This document shows, piece by piece, positions 27,761 to 44,289 of a stretch of 64,000 bases of DNA. Below the pieces are notes generated by a model that saw nothing but the letters and a program-made list of their open reading frames with translations, made no database searches and was not told where the DNA came from. The stretch is taken from contig OZ024740.1 of NCBI GenBank assembly GCA_964016885.1, positions 278,256,001 to 278,320,000 on the forward strand. The letters are read 5' to 3'. Within the stretch, counting starts at the first letter, position 1. Each line of letters opens with the position of its first letter. A program made the translations under genes and the position numbers. The DNA is from Eledone cirrhosa. Lineage: Eukaryota.

Positions 27761-29451
27761 CAACAGTAACAGATTTCAACAGTTCTCTAAGAAAAATAAT
27801 GTAAAAGGGAACTTCGACTAAATGTCTGGTACGTCTAGTATTAGCAACATTTACAATATCAATACATTAAGAATATATTTAGTAGTAAAAAACAGTTGAT
27901 TTGAAACGTGTTTGAAAATCGAGGGAAAAAAAAACTTAAGAACAGCACAAGGTAATTCCAATGTTTGTAAATGAGACAATTGTTCTACTACGTCTGACTT
28001 ACGGTAGAACTCTCCATCCTCTGAAAACACCAACCCAAATTCATCGCCTCATAGAAAAAGCAGTATGCCAGTAAAATAACGGTTTATTTTACTCACTTAT
28101 GTCAAGTCTCAGCTTGAACTGTTGATTATAACAGCGCGCAAAATATATACAAATACTGACCACATATATCGAGAAAGTAATTCCTGGTTATCATTCCTGG
28201 TTATCATTTGTCTCAAATATACTCTTTTACTATTTTACCTGTCCCAGCCATCCGGCTGAGACCATGCTGGGGCACCGCCCTTCTACCATACATTTCCAAT
28301 TATTTTATTTGTATTAACCCCATGAACATAGAGGGATTTGAAGTATATTCGTTACTATTTCTAGTTGGTCAAGAAACAACGTATAGGATATCTCATTGGC
28401 TTGAGAGCAAGCTGGACAAATTGCTGTTCATTTCCATTAATAATTGTGCAGACATTACAAGCCAGGTGGCTTCAGATGTAAACAAGAACCTAATTGTCTA
28501 ATGAATGCCGGACATGTACGAACATTTAGGATGCATTTCATTTAAAAGAATGAAATAAAAACCAAGTGATCAATATGTAAGACATAATATGTTGCCACTA
28601 TTTGACGAGATGAAGAAGTTAATAACAATTTCAAGAAATGTACAAATTATCTAGTAAACGAATAAAAATCAGCGCGTCTATTTGAGAATAAAAAGAATTC
28701 TCTTGTTAATTACTTAGGGATATCAATGAAGATAGTATTCATTGATAACATTTTAAGTTAAAACTGCGAACGTTCCGGAAATAAGCCATATCAGGATGAC
28801 AACTGAATCTGCTTTGTGTTGAATGTACAAGGGGAGGGTACAAAAGTACTACATTTGGTTGGTAAAATGATTCAGAAGATATACTGATTTTGTCGATTTG
28901 AACGTTTTAAGGAAAATGAAACTTATATGTTGCTAGAGGTAGTAGTGTTATATACATCCAGCATCTATTCACTGGTTCGTATACTTCAATTGTCATTTCA
29001 TTGTGTCAGTGAATAATGCACTTTACCAAACTGTAAAACACATACGACAAAGAATAACCAACTTATTTATTTTATTTGGTGACTTCCATATATTTATATT
29101 GTTGAGCACAAGTCCTATACACATAGTGATGAGGAAATACTTAAATTGACTTTACTGCACTATATAAAGGTGGGGATGCATTAAGGTGACTTATAAGATA
29201 ATGAGTATGCAACAAACTGCCAGATCCTATAAAACACAGAGAAATGGCATTGGCACGGTCCTACTTGTGGAGATCTTGAATGTAGACGTTATCAAAATCC
29301 AATGTGATATATATTATTAGAAACACTTAAAACGAAAGTAACAATATATATAAAACCAGAGACGTTGTATTACCGCTGAGACCAGAGAGCAATAGAACAT
29401 TGAGAAATAGTGGGATTTTGTTCATGAGTCGTTGCTACAAATAATATGTAT

Positions 29452-29516
<65 letters not shown>

Positions 29517-29663
29517 TGACCATATTATCAATAGAACTTCTTAGTTGATACATCAAATATAGGTAAAATATTATATCTGTATTTTTGACCGTTGGTCACT
29601 CAATGGTAGACATTGAGGACCGAATAAATTAAATTAACTGATATAAAAGATACAGAAGCGAAA

Positions 29664-29739
<76 letters not shown>

Positions 29740-29793
29740 GAAAGGTATAGAAAGTATTGTAGCAAGAAGCCAACAGTATTTCCATAATATATA

Positions 29794-29852
<59 letters not shown>

Positions 29853-29907
29853 TCCAGAATTAGCCGTCGAAATGGCTTGAGCTCAGCCGTTGGGATCCTA
29901 CTCGTTC

Positions 29908-29950
<43 letters not shown>

Positions 29951-30156
29951 TAAGAGGAATTCCAACTTTGTCTGATTTACTCGTTTTATTTACAATCCTT
30001 TAAAATTTATAATGGTATTAGAATGAAATAGTATGATAGAATATTAAATTCTAAGTGTTAATTGAACAAGTACTTTCATGCTTTCGCAATCTTCAGGTTC
30101 ATAATATGTGGTGACAGTCAAGTTTGCAATGTTCATGGATATATATATATATATGG

Positions 30157-30270
<114 letters not shown>

Positions 30271-30473
30271 TAGTTCTTTCGTTGCTTTGGTATTCTGTGT
30301 TAGATTTTCCCTGCCACAATGTTCAATTTGTCAAGCTATTTAAACGTATGTTATTACTCTTGTCGAGTGCTTTGCTAACTCATTCATATCGTAGGTCGAA
30401 TTTGCTTGCACACCGCCAAATATTCGATTTTACTAAGCCTCCAATTATATGCATATATATATATATATATAGA

Positions 30474-31093
30474 TGTAATAATATTCCCAGAATTAATAAC
30501 AGAACACACTCACTGTTTGGTTAGTTTTCGTTTCTGTATGTTTTAGATGAGTTAATTTAATTTATTCGGTCCTCAATGTTACCATTGACTGACCAACGGT
30601 CAAAAATACAGATATACTATAGGCACAAACACATATATATAGTCTTAAAAAGTTCTTTCGTTGCATATCTGCAACATCATCGGTGGTGCTATTATGTTTC
30701 CTCCGGTTGTATTGTATGTCTACGCCATCTTTATTTAATCTGTTTATTTATTTATTTTTATCTTCTTCTCTGCGCAAACGCATGCGCAGAGAAGAAGACA
30801 AAGATAAATAAATAAATAAATAAACAGATTAAATAAAGATGGCGTAGACATACAATATAACCGGAGGAAACATAATAGCACCACTGACGATGTTGCAGAT
30901 ATGCAACGAAAGAACTTTTTAAGACTATATATATGTGTTTGTGCCTATAGTATATCTGTATTTTTGACCGTTTGTCAGTCAATGGTAACATTGAGGACCG
31001 AATAAATTAAATTAACTCATCTAAAACATACAGAAGCGAAAACTAACCAAACAGTGAGTGTGTTCTGTTATTAATTCTGGCAATATTATTACA
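30474..31093. repeat. Fold-back of the PLE terminal repeat (~305-bp arms, 6-nt loop), one hammerhead-like core per arm
   Basis: Arms are reverse complements around AACGCA (30777-30782) and homologous to 12940-13250. Cores CCGATGA (-) and CTGACGA (+) with the GTTGCA/TGCAAC helix II. Confidence 0.92.
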
Positions 31094-31122
31094 ATATGAC
31101 CCTCCCCAAGTATAACAATATA

Positions 31123-31159
<37 letters not shown>

Positions 31160-31291
31160 AGGGAGTGTAACGTGAAGTTACTGTAGGTTTACCCGGGAGA
31201 GCACTCGATGTTTAGGTTCACTTCAGTGGCGAGGTGTAGAGCTAGACAGAGTGTAATATAATAATACAGGGACGATTTATTAAGCCTTCGA

Positions 31292-31354
31292 GGTCCGACG
31301 AGCTTTTGATACTCATCGAACCTTGAGCTGATCAATAGCGAAACGTGCGTCACC
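31292..31354 (+). ncRNA. Hammerhead-like motif (core variant CCGACGA)
   Basis: GGT-CCGACGA-GCT..TTGAT..CTCA/TGAG..ATCAA.AGC-GAAA-CGTGCG-TC-ACC, with a GUC triplet. Confidence 0.6.
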
Positions 31355-31420
31355 AATAATAAACGTAATGAAGGCTTTAAAAATGGTCCTTGTATTGTTA
31401 TATTATTATATATATTTATA

Positions 31421-31459
<39 letters not shown>

Positions 31460-34229
31460 CGACCTGTCAACTCTTTCCGTCCAACGGGGAGATAGCCCCA
31501 CCCACTTTGGGTGGGAGAGAGGTGTCTTCTTGTGTGAAAATGGGTTTATCTTACCTTCTTTCTCCGCGTTTTGGGGGTAATTTTTTTCATGGAACTCCGA
31601 ATTGGGCTTTTAATGGAAAAGAAATTGTAAATGTTACTGGAGTCTTTTAAGAATATTTATTTACTTTACCAGTTTCAGAGTTATGACTTTCAAAAGTAAA
31701 ATTGAGATGGAGGGTTTGTGTTTCTGTTATGGTGTGTCTCGCATCTATCATATTTGGAGTTCGAAAATTCTTTCTGTTTTATACAAAAAAGTGGCACAGA
31801 ATGCTATTTGTTTAAAATGTATTTTGGATGGTTGATGACAATCACTTGTAATTTTCGCGCCAGAAAAAATAGCTCAACATTTCTATTTGCCATTTTATTT
31901 GTTAGTGACAGTCATGCGATTAAACATAGTAATTTTTTGCTCCAAAAACAGATGGTCAGAACCACAGAAACCATTATTATTATGATTGCTGTTATATTTT
32001 TCTCTTCCTTTTCTTCTTTTCCTTGCAAGATATGATAAAAAATTGGATTACAATTTGTCGATATTTTTTTAATTAGATTATTATTTATGTATCGTATCTC
32101 ATGGAATTATTAAATAGAGAGGTGAGTAATTTGTTTTCATTTATTTTCAGCCATGCTTCGAACACTTCTTTGACATTTTTTCCGCTTAACCATATTTCAC
32201 CATAGCTGGTTTTACTGGAGTAGCGGGGAGAGGTGCCCTCTGTAGACGTGATAGCACCAATACAAAAACATACGCCCCCATACCCACTGAAATTTTGTAT
32301 AAAACAAAATTGTACAGACTTAAAACAGAAAAACAAACAAAATAAAGGGCGATTGGGACAAAAAATACTCATACTCAATACACACGTACACGCACTGACA
32401 AGAGAAAGTAAAGTGGGAGATTTAAGTGAAGGAACAGTTTGGTCTTTTGCAAACATATTTCCAATAAATAAGCTCCATGCACGAATCTATTAGATGAAAG
32501 AAAGACTTCATGTCAGCTTTATGTGACAAAACTAGTTTTCCGCAAGGTTGTTACACAGAGCGGACATGGAAGAAAAGTAATTTACATGTGAATTCCAAAA
32601 GCCGTGTGGGCTTTTTTGTGGTAGCTAGAGAACAGCTGGAGGTGGATTTCGCTGGCATGTGAAGTGAGATCTCTTACATGGATGCAGGAGGACATATGAC
32701 ATGATGTGTAGTGATTCTAAAGTTGGGGCGGGATAAAGAGACGGATTCAGTTTATCACACATCTTCCTATAGAGTACTTTCGCAGGATTTGCGAAGTAGG
32801 AATACTCAGTGGTTATGTTGACTCCTAGCTCGTAGGCACCTTCGTATCAATATGATAAGATGATGAGTGCTAATGTGACATTTTGCGATATGGGGATCAT
32901 GAGAGGTCATAGTGAACCCAGAAGACTATAAAACGACCCAAAAATGTTATCCCATACTTGTTAATGCGAAAAGTATATTTTTTGACTGAGTCAGTCCAGC
33001 TAATATACTCAATGACAATTTGAGAGCGTTCTCCTTAGGAGACCTGGAAAAGCTTAAATTAAAAACACAGCAATAGCAAAGCCGACCGTGAACTCTGCTG
33101 TTTGAAGGACATTCTATGAGCTACAATTTTTAACAAGCTGTCAGCGATTCCATATTCATTCGGACACCAATGATGTTCACGGTCATGTTAAGATACAGAA
33201 AGATCAAAGCGTAGTAGGAAACCAATGTCGTTACGCACAACTTAGTTTCTAGCTTCCTTTGTATGTTAGTTTTTGTATTAACATACAATATAATTGTACT
33301 TTTCATGTGTTTCTTTAACATTATATATCGTTTTAAATATTGTGTACTAAAGTAATTTTATCTTTATTCTGTGTTTTATTAAATACATTGAATAAACCTT
33401 GCAATTTACGCATTGTTTTTAATAGAACTTGTTTGTCCATCACATACTTTAGCTCCAATATTTTACGTTTTATTGTATGTATATTTGTATGTGTGTATCG
33501 GAAGCATCCGATGATGTTGACCAGTTCTCCTTTTCAGGTAGCGTTTTCGATGCTCAGAGAGTGGGATTCGTCGAGTGCAAGGCCTTTTCCCAGGCATTGC
33601 TTGTTCAGGATATGTTACAGGTTCGTGTGGCTGGCCGTTGCACCAAACTCTATAATCTGACAAGCAATTGCAGTACTTTTAGCAGAGTTTGCAGCCATCA
33701 TGTATGTACGTATGTACCATTGTGACTAATGAAAAATATTATTATCATTATCGTTATTTCTTAATTGGCTACAAGTCTCTAAACATATAATACAAACCAT
33801 ACCATATAAAAATGATACAAATATGTAACGTTCAGATATATAATAAACGGAAATGTAGCAAAAACGTAATGAAATATATCAAAACAAATTAATAAATTAG
33901 TTCGATGGGAAGCTGCTACTTAGTTGGAAATAAGGCACGCCACCATGATCCTCCAAATTTGTCCGTGACCATATTTAGTTTTAACTAAACTGCAATGTTT
34001 CTTACACCCTTCTGATCTCCCTTAACTGTCATTAGACCTAACTTTTTCTCAATGAACGCAATATTTTTCGTCCGTTTCAGTTTTCTTTTTTAATTTAATT
34101 AGGTAAATGTATGTCTTCCTATAATTTTTATATTCATATATTTTAGAACGTGAGGGGCTTCTATCATCTTACTTAGTTTTAGTTTGAGTTCATTAATTTA
34201 TATCCCTCCTTTTTTTCTTTTTTTCTTTC

Positions 34230-34990
34230 TTTCTTTTTTACCGCCCAATTGTTTCCAGGGCCTATATCTTCCCCATGATCGGAAGACGATTGGGTAGGAT
34301 TGCTTCTAGGAGCCTTGTGCTGGATATGTCAACTATCGGCTTCTTAATGCCCCATCTTCTGGTACTGGTATAATGCGATTCTGTTTGTCTCTGCTTTCCC
34401 TTTGGTCATCTTCGAAGCTACGACCGGTGTATGCTGGAGAAACAGCGGCAGCTATAGTTTTCTTCTTTGCTATTTGTATCTCAAAGGTCTTATATAACTG
34501 ATTCTGCTGCTATTTGCCGCAACACTCCTCTTTCTTTTGCTTATCTCTTTCTAGACAGTATACACTCACGTGTTTTTCGTACTACAACATGTATAGCATG
34601 TGGACCTTTTGCTCTGCACTACCAATTTGATTTATCTCTCCGCCCCAACAACTGAGTATAATCCCTGCATAGCCCAATGGTATTCGTGGCTATCATAACT
34701 TTTATATCGACGTAGATCCGTCTGACCACATGCTTTTACAGATCACCTCCCTTTGTTTTCAACATCTGTGACATAAAAGTGACTACCAAAGTCTCAGGTT
34801 GTGATTTATGTATTTTCCTGTCCTTGTGTTGCGATAAAATCCAGCTGACATGCGCGTTCTCACCACATCCTTCCTTAAGCTTAAACAAGCATACATTTCT
34901 ACATGCCCTGTCCTTGTAGAGGTAGCATACATCTGGTCATACGTTGGTCACAGCTACTCTAACTCATATTTCGGTCGAACATAGCTATTC
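34230..34990 (-). mobile_element. Highly decayed Dong/R4-like 3' region
   Basis: Minus-strand remnants resembling GFI.A.QD, HDTIG, K..RRWG and GS.AILP of the RLE region. Many frameshifts. Confidence 0.45.
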
Positions 34991-35880
34991 TTGACTTTTT
35001 ATAATAATCACTATTATGATTATTATTTTTTTTTCTATTGATTTGTTCAGACGTATATTTGTACACTCCCGTTAGTTTATTTTTACCTGCTTAAAATCCT
35101 TTTTTTTGTTCTAATTTTTGTTACAAAAGAGACATAAGACACCAGTTATGTAACTCTCCTCTTTCCCCTTTCTTGGGTAAAATCACCGTGGCGCCTTCTT
35201 TTAAGACATAATTCTACCTCATGTTGACTTCTGGAACTATCTCATATTGAAAACATCCTTTTGACCAGCAGGACTATCAAAATATTACTCTCGCCGTTGT
35301 TTGTCATTTCATTATTTTCATTTAACGTCCTCCTTCTTTTTGACGTTTTCTTCCTTGTTTGTAACAACACCTGTCATGCTTCCTTTACTGAATCGATTAG
35401 TTCCATGACAAAACTTTCCTATAACTAGCCTTGTTGGCAAAACTGCTTCTGTTACTATTAAAACCATTCACAACATTTTTGTTTGGCAAAATGAATGTGA
35501 GAGCATTATTTGTTGCTGTTGCTGTGATAGTACTGGTGGTGGGGAATGTTGTAATAGTTGTTCTTGTTGCTGCGTTTGCCACTGTTATTGTTGTTTTTAT
35601 TGCTGTTATTGTTGTTTCCTAACGGGGCGTCAGCATACTTCACGCAAGTATCCTTGTCCATTGAAATGTTATGTTTTTCTTTCAAAGTATCTGTGTGGAT
35701 GGATGTGTGTGTTTGTTTGTATAAATGTCTTGCTGTAAAATATTCATTTATTGCTGCCAGTGTCTGTGTATGAAAAGGAATTCAAAAAGACTTACTACTC
35801 CATAGTTTCAGTTCGTAAGTCAGTAATCTTTACAAGCGATAAAAAGACATGTCTTAACTGTTGACCTGTGAATAATGATA

Positions 35881-36300
35881 ATAATTGTTTCTAATTTAGG
35901 CACAAGGTCAGAAGTCTGGGAGTGGGCGATTATGGCGTCCTCAATGCTCGACAAGTAATTTATTTTGTCAACCCGGGAGGATAAAAGGTAAAGTTGATCT
36001 CGCCGAAATTTGAACTCAGGATTTAAAGAGCAGGAACGAATGCCACAAAGCAATGCTCTAACGATTCTGTCAACTCAATAATAATTATTAGTAGTATCGA
36101 TAGAGCGTCGGACAACATACTGTATGGCATAGTTGCGGCCCTTTACGATCTGAGTTCAAATTCTGCCGAGGTTAGCTTTGCCTTTCATCCTTACGGGGTC
36201 AATAAAATAAGGTACCAATAATGCATTGGAGTCGATTTGATCAACTTTCCCCTCTCCCCAAATTGCTGGCCTTATGTCTAATGTAGAAATCATTATTATT
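35881..36300. mobile_element. Two SINE family A-related copies (- 35881-36075; + 36092-36300, long form)
   Basis: Core and tail match. The + copy carries the GTCGATTTGATCAACTTTCCCCTCTCCCCA insert. Confidence 0.8.
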
Positions 36301-37592
36301 ATTTTTTTTTACTATTAGTTTGTTCAGACGTATATTTGTTCACTCCCGTAAGTTTATTTTTACCTGCTTAAAATCCTTTTTTGCTTCTAATTTTTGCTAC
36401 AAAACAGACATAAAACTCCACCCTTTGCCCCCCAAAACTGAAACCCCATAATATTTGGGCCTTTGACAATAGTGTCACCACCTCCAACACCACCCCCAGT
36501 AATGTCACTAACAACACTGTTGACATCGCCAAGGCCACAGTCACCAACAAAAAGAGCAGCAGCATCAACGGCAAAGTGAACACCAACGTCTATTACCAAA
36601 CCCATCTATTAACTAACCACATCCCAATCACTAAGATTAGGCACATGCTTCCTTACGTTAAGTAACAATAAATATTTAATAAAGATTAAAGTATAAGAGA
36701 ATAAACAAAAATTGGTGTTAGAACATACAATAGTTTGATGAAACTTTGACAATGAAAACTAAAATTGCATAACCCACCAACACACAGTAAAAAAAGAGCC
36801 CACGTTCTGGTGGATTACGTAAAGATGTCTTAGGCTTGTTTTATTAATTTCCTGTTCGTCACAGTCAACACGTAATCTCATCTCATCTCATCATCAGCCT
36901 GCACTTAATTTGTCTCGTGAACATTTTAAAAATTCTTTGAGTCTTCCATAAGTCTTGTTTGTTGTGCAAATAACTGTGAATTTCAATGCAACGCGATTCT
37001 CAAAATTTTAATTTGTCTTATCTCGGGTGATTTTTTTTTTTTTTTTTGGCTGCCATTCTCGCTGTCTCCGGCAATCTACACGATTTCTTTACAGTGTCAC
37101 AAAATTATAATATGCCGCTACTGCATATGACTAGGAGATACGGTTTCATAGCTTCTTTCTCGGCTATTGGAAATGAGGATGAAGCGAACTCTTTTTGTAT
37201 TCTCGCTGCAGCACCTGTTGATGCTCTAGAAATAAAGAATCCATATTGGTGTGTTGTTGCTTTCATGTTTAATATTACTGAGAGATCGTTGTTATATATT
37301 CATCATATCTAGAACATCAATCACATCACAATTGTCTAATGTATACCAACAACTGCCACTATATGAAGACTAGTAAAACCAATCCCCCTTATGAAAATAA
37401 ACAGGCTTCCCGTTTTCACGTCTTTTACAGTAGCTTTAGAGAATAAATACTCATAAATTCTGTATCCTAGTTTCTTGTTTGAACAAGCCTCAAAATAGGC
37501 GAAACATGAAATCACAGTCGACTCATATTTTTTATAATACATTTGATCCTACTCTGCGGTATATTTTCATCAGTAAATACGCAGACACACAT

Positions 37593-37695
<103 letters not shown>

Positions 37696-38003
37696 CGTGT
37701 GTGTTTTAGCTGTGGTTACCCCCGAGTTGTATCGGGGTTAACCACAGTTAAAAAAGGTACTCAATAGATTGGTAGAGCATCGACATCTTTATTATATACA
37801 TATTTATATATATATATTTATACAAAGGGTTAAAACGATCAAATCATCATATATATATATGATGATTTCATACGAATGAAGCAGTTCTAGTCCTGTAGAA
37901 ATCATTTTTATTTATATAATAAAGATATATGATATATTTGTATATATATATATATATATATATATATGCATGTACATGTGCATGTATATATATATGCATG
38001 TAC

Positions 38004-38067
<64 letters not shown>

Positions 38068-38799
38068 GTGTGTGTATGCGTGTGTGTATGTATATATATA
38101 TGTATGTGTGTGTGTGTGTTGTGTATTTACTGACCATATTGAAATGGAATCTCTTTGTCAAACAGACTATATTTCTTCGTGCAAAGGATTCTATTATAAA
38201 ACTCAACGTGTGCTGTAAATTAGTAAATGTATACAAAACCTGCCAGCGTACTGATATATTATGAAACATATAACCCACAAAAATCTATATAACACTAAAA
38301 ATAGGAAACCTGTTAGACGTATCTATTCAATATTAAATCACCGTTCCCGACTTACGAAATCATAAACTAAATACAACTACGAACAAGTCGTAGGCATATC
38401 CTTTCCAAAGAAAATGGATTAAGTGTGAATAACACATAATTAATTCAATAATTACATGTCTGAATCTATACAGATAGTTACGAAGAAAGTCGGAATAATG
38501 AAAGTCTGCTACACCCTCTTAGGATGTAAAGGCACCGACAATTGCAGCTGAAAATAAAAACAATGTATTAATGTAATTTGCCAAGGTAGGAATTGGCATT
38601 GATGATGTTGAAATATAATCTCTGAATGGGGGAATTTAATATTTCACATATTTGATTTACGTTTTTATATAATATCCAAATATCCAGAAAATGGTATCTC
38701 ATAAAAGCAAATCCCTACTAAAGGGAACAGAAAAGGAAGAAGAGAAAAAGAAAATAAGATCAAGAGGAGAAAGAAAGGGAAAGGGGGGAACGGATAGTC

Positions 38800-39110
38800 G
38801 CTACACTCCAGTCGGGGCGGTGCCTCAGCAGCACGCCGTGGAGAAAACATCAAAAGCGTTACCACGGAGAATGGTAAGAGATACTCGCTGCAGTAGTCAT
38901 CCTACATGACGGGACTCCCTCCCCCAGGCAGGCCACCGTCTTTCCAACTTACGGAGAAAATCAGCAGTATATGGTCCAAGGAAACCAGAGGTCTCGTCGG
39001 AGACCGTTGCAAAGAAGAACCGGTCTGGCAAGCCCCAGTATTTGATTACCTTCCAAAGCGACAAGGTCGGTCGGAGGTGAACAAGAAGTCGCTGCACGTC
39101 GCAACCCAAA
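38800..39110 (-). mobile_element. CRE-type non-LTR retrotransposon C-terminal endonuclease remnant
   Basis: IWVATCSD, KVIKY, DETSGFLGPYTADFLRKL, LLQRVSLTILRGNA, matching the VET.G..G...FL..LG...QR.S..IQRGNA pattern. Confidence 0.6.
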
Positions 39111-39521
39111 TAATGCTCTTAGTTGTCGATTGAACTTAAACATTGCTTTAATATTCAGATGCAATTCTTAGAATGTTTTTCTACCTTTATACTACATAAC
39201 GTTATTCGTTGGGAAATTTTTCATCTGAGATTCCATAATATTGCGCTGAATCATTTCTAGTCATTCGTTCTATGAAGCCAAAAAGTATATATATTAGCTT
39301 CAAGCAAATACTGTTAATTACTATCATATATGCAACAACCCAGTTCTGCACTTTTAAGGTAATAAGGGCTTAAAATATACGAACTGAGACACAAACGATT
39401 ATATTACAAACAATACACTGTTATCATTTTATATATAACTACACTCTTTGATTATTTTAGACTATGACACACAACTAGAAATAGAATACGCACACTCACT
39501 CACACACATACACACACACAC

Positions 39522-39657
<136 letters not shown>

Positions 39658-39799
39658 TATAATTATATACATATATATGCACATATATATATATATCTAC
39701 CAGTTTATATAATTATATATATATGTATGCATATTATATATATATATATATTATATATATCTATATTATATATATATATGTATATTATATATATATGTG

Positions 39800-39847
<48 letters not shown>

Positions 39848-39918
39848 CATATATATATAATATACACATATATATAAATATATAATACACATATATATAA
39901 TATATATATATAATATAC

Positions 39919-39981
<63 letters not shown>

Positions 39982-40778
39982 TTTAAACTGGTAGACGGAT
40001 GCATCCATAGCAAAGTTTAGCGCATTATTATAAAGATATTTCGTGTATTAACGAGATGACCATTATGATAATCAACATATTCATATGAATATATGCACAC
40101 ATAAACACCAAAAAGACGAAAACTGTCAACTACATATGTTTATACATTAATGTTCATGATGTTTATGAAAAAAGAATGTATAGAAAAAATATATAAAGGA
40201 ATAAATCACTGACAAGAAAATACAAAAAAAAATGATTTGCCACAGTGAGTGGTAAAATAAATTGAAGGAATGCAGAAACGAATGTTTTCATACTTAGTTA
40301 AATGTTTATAAAAAGAAAAATAAATAATGAACATGCAAGTTATAGAAATATTGAATCCATATTCCTCAGTTTTTACCGTTAATATAACTCCTGAGGAGGT
40401 CGTTTGCTTTACTCTTGTTTCTTCAGTTTCCAATTGCATACCACATAAAGCAATGCGATAATATTTAAGAAAATAACATGTCTAGAATTATTTATAACTT
40501 CACCTCCATAGTTTATATGAAGATAAGTTTGTGTGTTGACCTGACACAAAAATCTAAAATGTACGACAAAAAATGTAAGTTATGAAGGCCTAATGAAATC
40601 GACTTGTGAATCAATGCGCCTATATTATTATTTTACAACTATTTATGGTTTCTTAACTCTGCTTCGGCAAATACGGGGAATTCAACGATACATGCAAATC
40701 ATACCTGAGGATGTCTCCTACAAATGAATGTTCAAATGGGTAAAATAATACTAGTCACTGCCGCAATACACTAAAGCA

Positions 40779-40825
<47 letters not shown>

Positions 40826-40966
40826 TGTATATATAAATTTTGAGTATATGTTGGTTGTTTACCGACACCTAAGTATGCAGATTGGAGCACTCGACGAAGT
40901 GCGCAGGTTGGTTTGGTTACTCCGGAGTAATGTAAAATAAAATTTGGCTTCGTTTATTAAAGTTGT

Positions 40967-41026
40967 ACTGCTATATATATTATATTTCGGTGACAGCCAT
41001 CTTTGGCTGTGACCTCTTCAGGCAGT
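40967..41026 (-). ncRNA. Type I hammerhead ribozyme motif
   Basis: ACTGC-CTGAAGA-GGTCACAGCCA aaga TGGCTGTCACC-GAAA-TATAATATATA-TA-GCAGT. Confidence 0.78.
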
Positions 41027-41152
41027 CCGAATTGGTGTGGTAGAGACGGGTACACATGTTGTTGAGGTGTTTAACTCCGTCAATACTCCGATATGTCCAG
41101 CTCCTGGTTGGGTTGTTATTTCTCTGAGGAACTGGAATCATATAATCAAATA

Positions 41153-41292
41153 ATTATTTCTGAAGACGGCGAGTAGTGAAGACGTATGCATTTTTTTCTT
41201 ACTATGATATTTTGTAATATATTTCAAATAGATCAATAATTGAATGAACATACAGGGAACTACCCCCCCCCTAGAAACGATCGTAAAATAAT
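41153..41292 (+). ncRNA. Hammerhead motif with 107-nt extended helix II
   Basis: ATTATTT-CTGAAGA-[107 nt]-GAAA-CGATCG-TA-AAATAAT. Perfect 7-bp helix I. Confidence 0.68.
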
Positions 41293-41436
41293 GAGTTTTA
41301 CTATGAATTAACAGTTTTGTGTTTAATTTCATTGTTTTAATATTTCTACATATATTTCCTAACAAGCTCATATGCCCCAAGGCTCTGATACCATCAACAC
41401 TATAAACACAGAGCTGGCATATCTAAGAACTGACTA

Positions 41437-41492
41437 ACTGCCTGATGAGGTCATAGCCATTCAATGGCTATCATCGAAATATATATAGCAGT
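41437..41492 (+). ncRNA. Type I hammerhead ribozyme motif
   Basis: ACTGC-CTGATGA-GGTCATAGCCAT tca ATGGCTATCATC-GAAA-TATATA-TA-GCAGT. Diverged inverted partner of 40967-41026. Confidence 0.8.
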
Positions 41493-41539
41493 AAATAAAG
41501 GATTATGAGTTCATGCAATTGACTTATGTTTTGTCACTA

Positions 41540-41573
<34 letters not shown>

Positions 41574-41582
41574 ATTATATAT

Positions 41583-41716
<134 letters not shown>

Positions 41717-42284
41717 CAAAAATTAGAGGAAAAGGGAGGGAAGAGCAAGGACTACTAGACAAAGGAAGAAAGAAAGAAGGATGAGGTAGGAAGAGATGAG
41801 AGACTCTACACTGAGGCCAGAGCAAAGGCATTTCCGGGGACAATGGCAAGTGAGACACGCTACAACAGCCCTCACACCTTGCGAGGCTCCTTCCTCAGAC
41901 GAGCTGCTATCGATCCTATTTTACGGAGGATAGAGATAGTTTCCTTCCAGTTACAATAATTACCGTGGATCACTGATCCAGTGATGTCACCCCCCTCTTC
42001 CTCTCTCTCTCTTTCTCTCTCTCTCTATATATATATATATTTATTTTTTATCATTTATTTTGTTTTGACCTGTTTAGCTTGATTTGGTTTTTGGCTTGGG
42101 TGGTTAATGCCTTCTTCACCACCTTTTCAGTTTTGTATGGCTTTTTAACACATTGTTTAGCTCTGGATTTTAACTATTGAGCACTTTGCCAGTATCATTT
42201 CTGATGTTTGCGTTTCGCTTCGCTTTTTCCTGCCCGCCGAAAATGCGATTCTCGCTGAATCTTTATTTGTATATATATATATAC

Positions 42285-42364
<80 letters not shown>

Positions 42365-42528
42365 ACTAGAAATTGATTAACATATATATAAACATGAATA
42401 ATCACAGGAGATAATTTTTACAAGTGTGTAACCACACATAGCTAGGTAGGTAACTAAATAAAGTTGACCAGAACTTGACACCCATAATTTTGATTTAGAT
42501 TAAATTCATTTAATTTATCTTAATTTTG

Positions 42529-42626
<98 letters not shown>

Positions 42627-42770
42627 TAACAGATTAAAGTTTAAACAAAGAATCGGTGCTTTAATCTGTTATTTTAATAAATATTTGCTCTACGGTTCTT
42701 ATATATTTGGTATATATTTATCCTTATCGAGCCCTCTTTGGATTTTCGTCTTCAAATTTATTATTATTAC

Positions 42771-44105
<1,335 letters not shown>

Positions 44106-44289
44106 ATATAGCTGCTCTGTAGAACAACTGATGTTATTACATTGAGCTATTTATCTTACTGGTAATAAGGTAGTAATAAATTACTGTCTTTCACTATTTA
44201 GGGTTTAAAATATATATAACTATAAAAGGTTTTAGTATATACATAACCATAAATAGTATCCTTAATACTATATATATATATATATATAT

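Noticed and set aside
36850-37540. Possible hAT transposase C-terminal remnant
   Set aside because: Similarity is too weak to support by eye.
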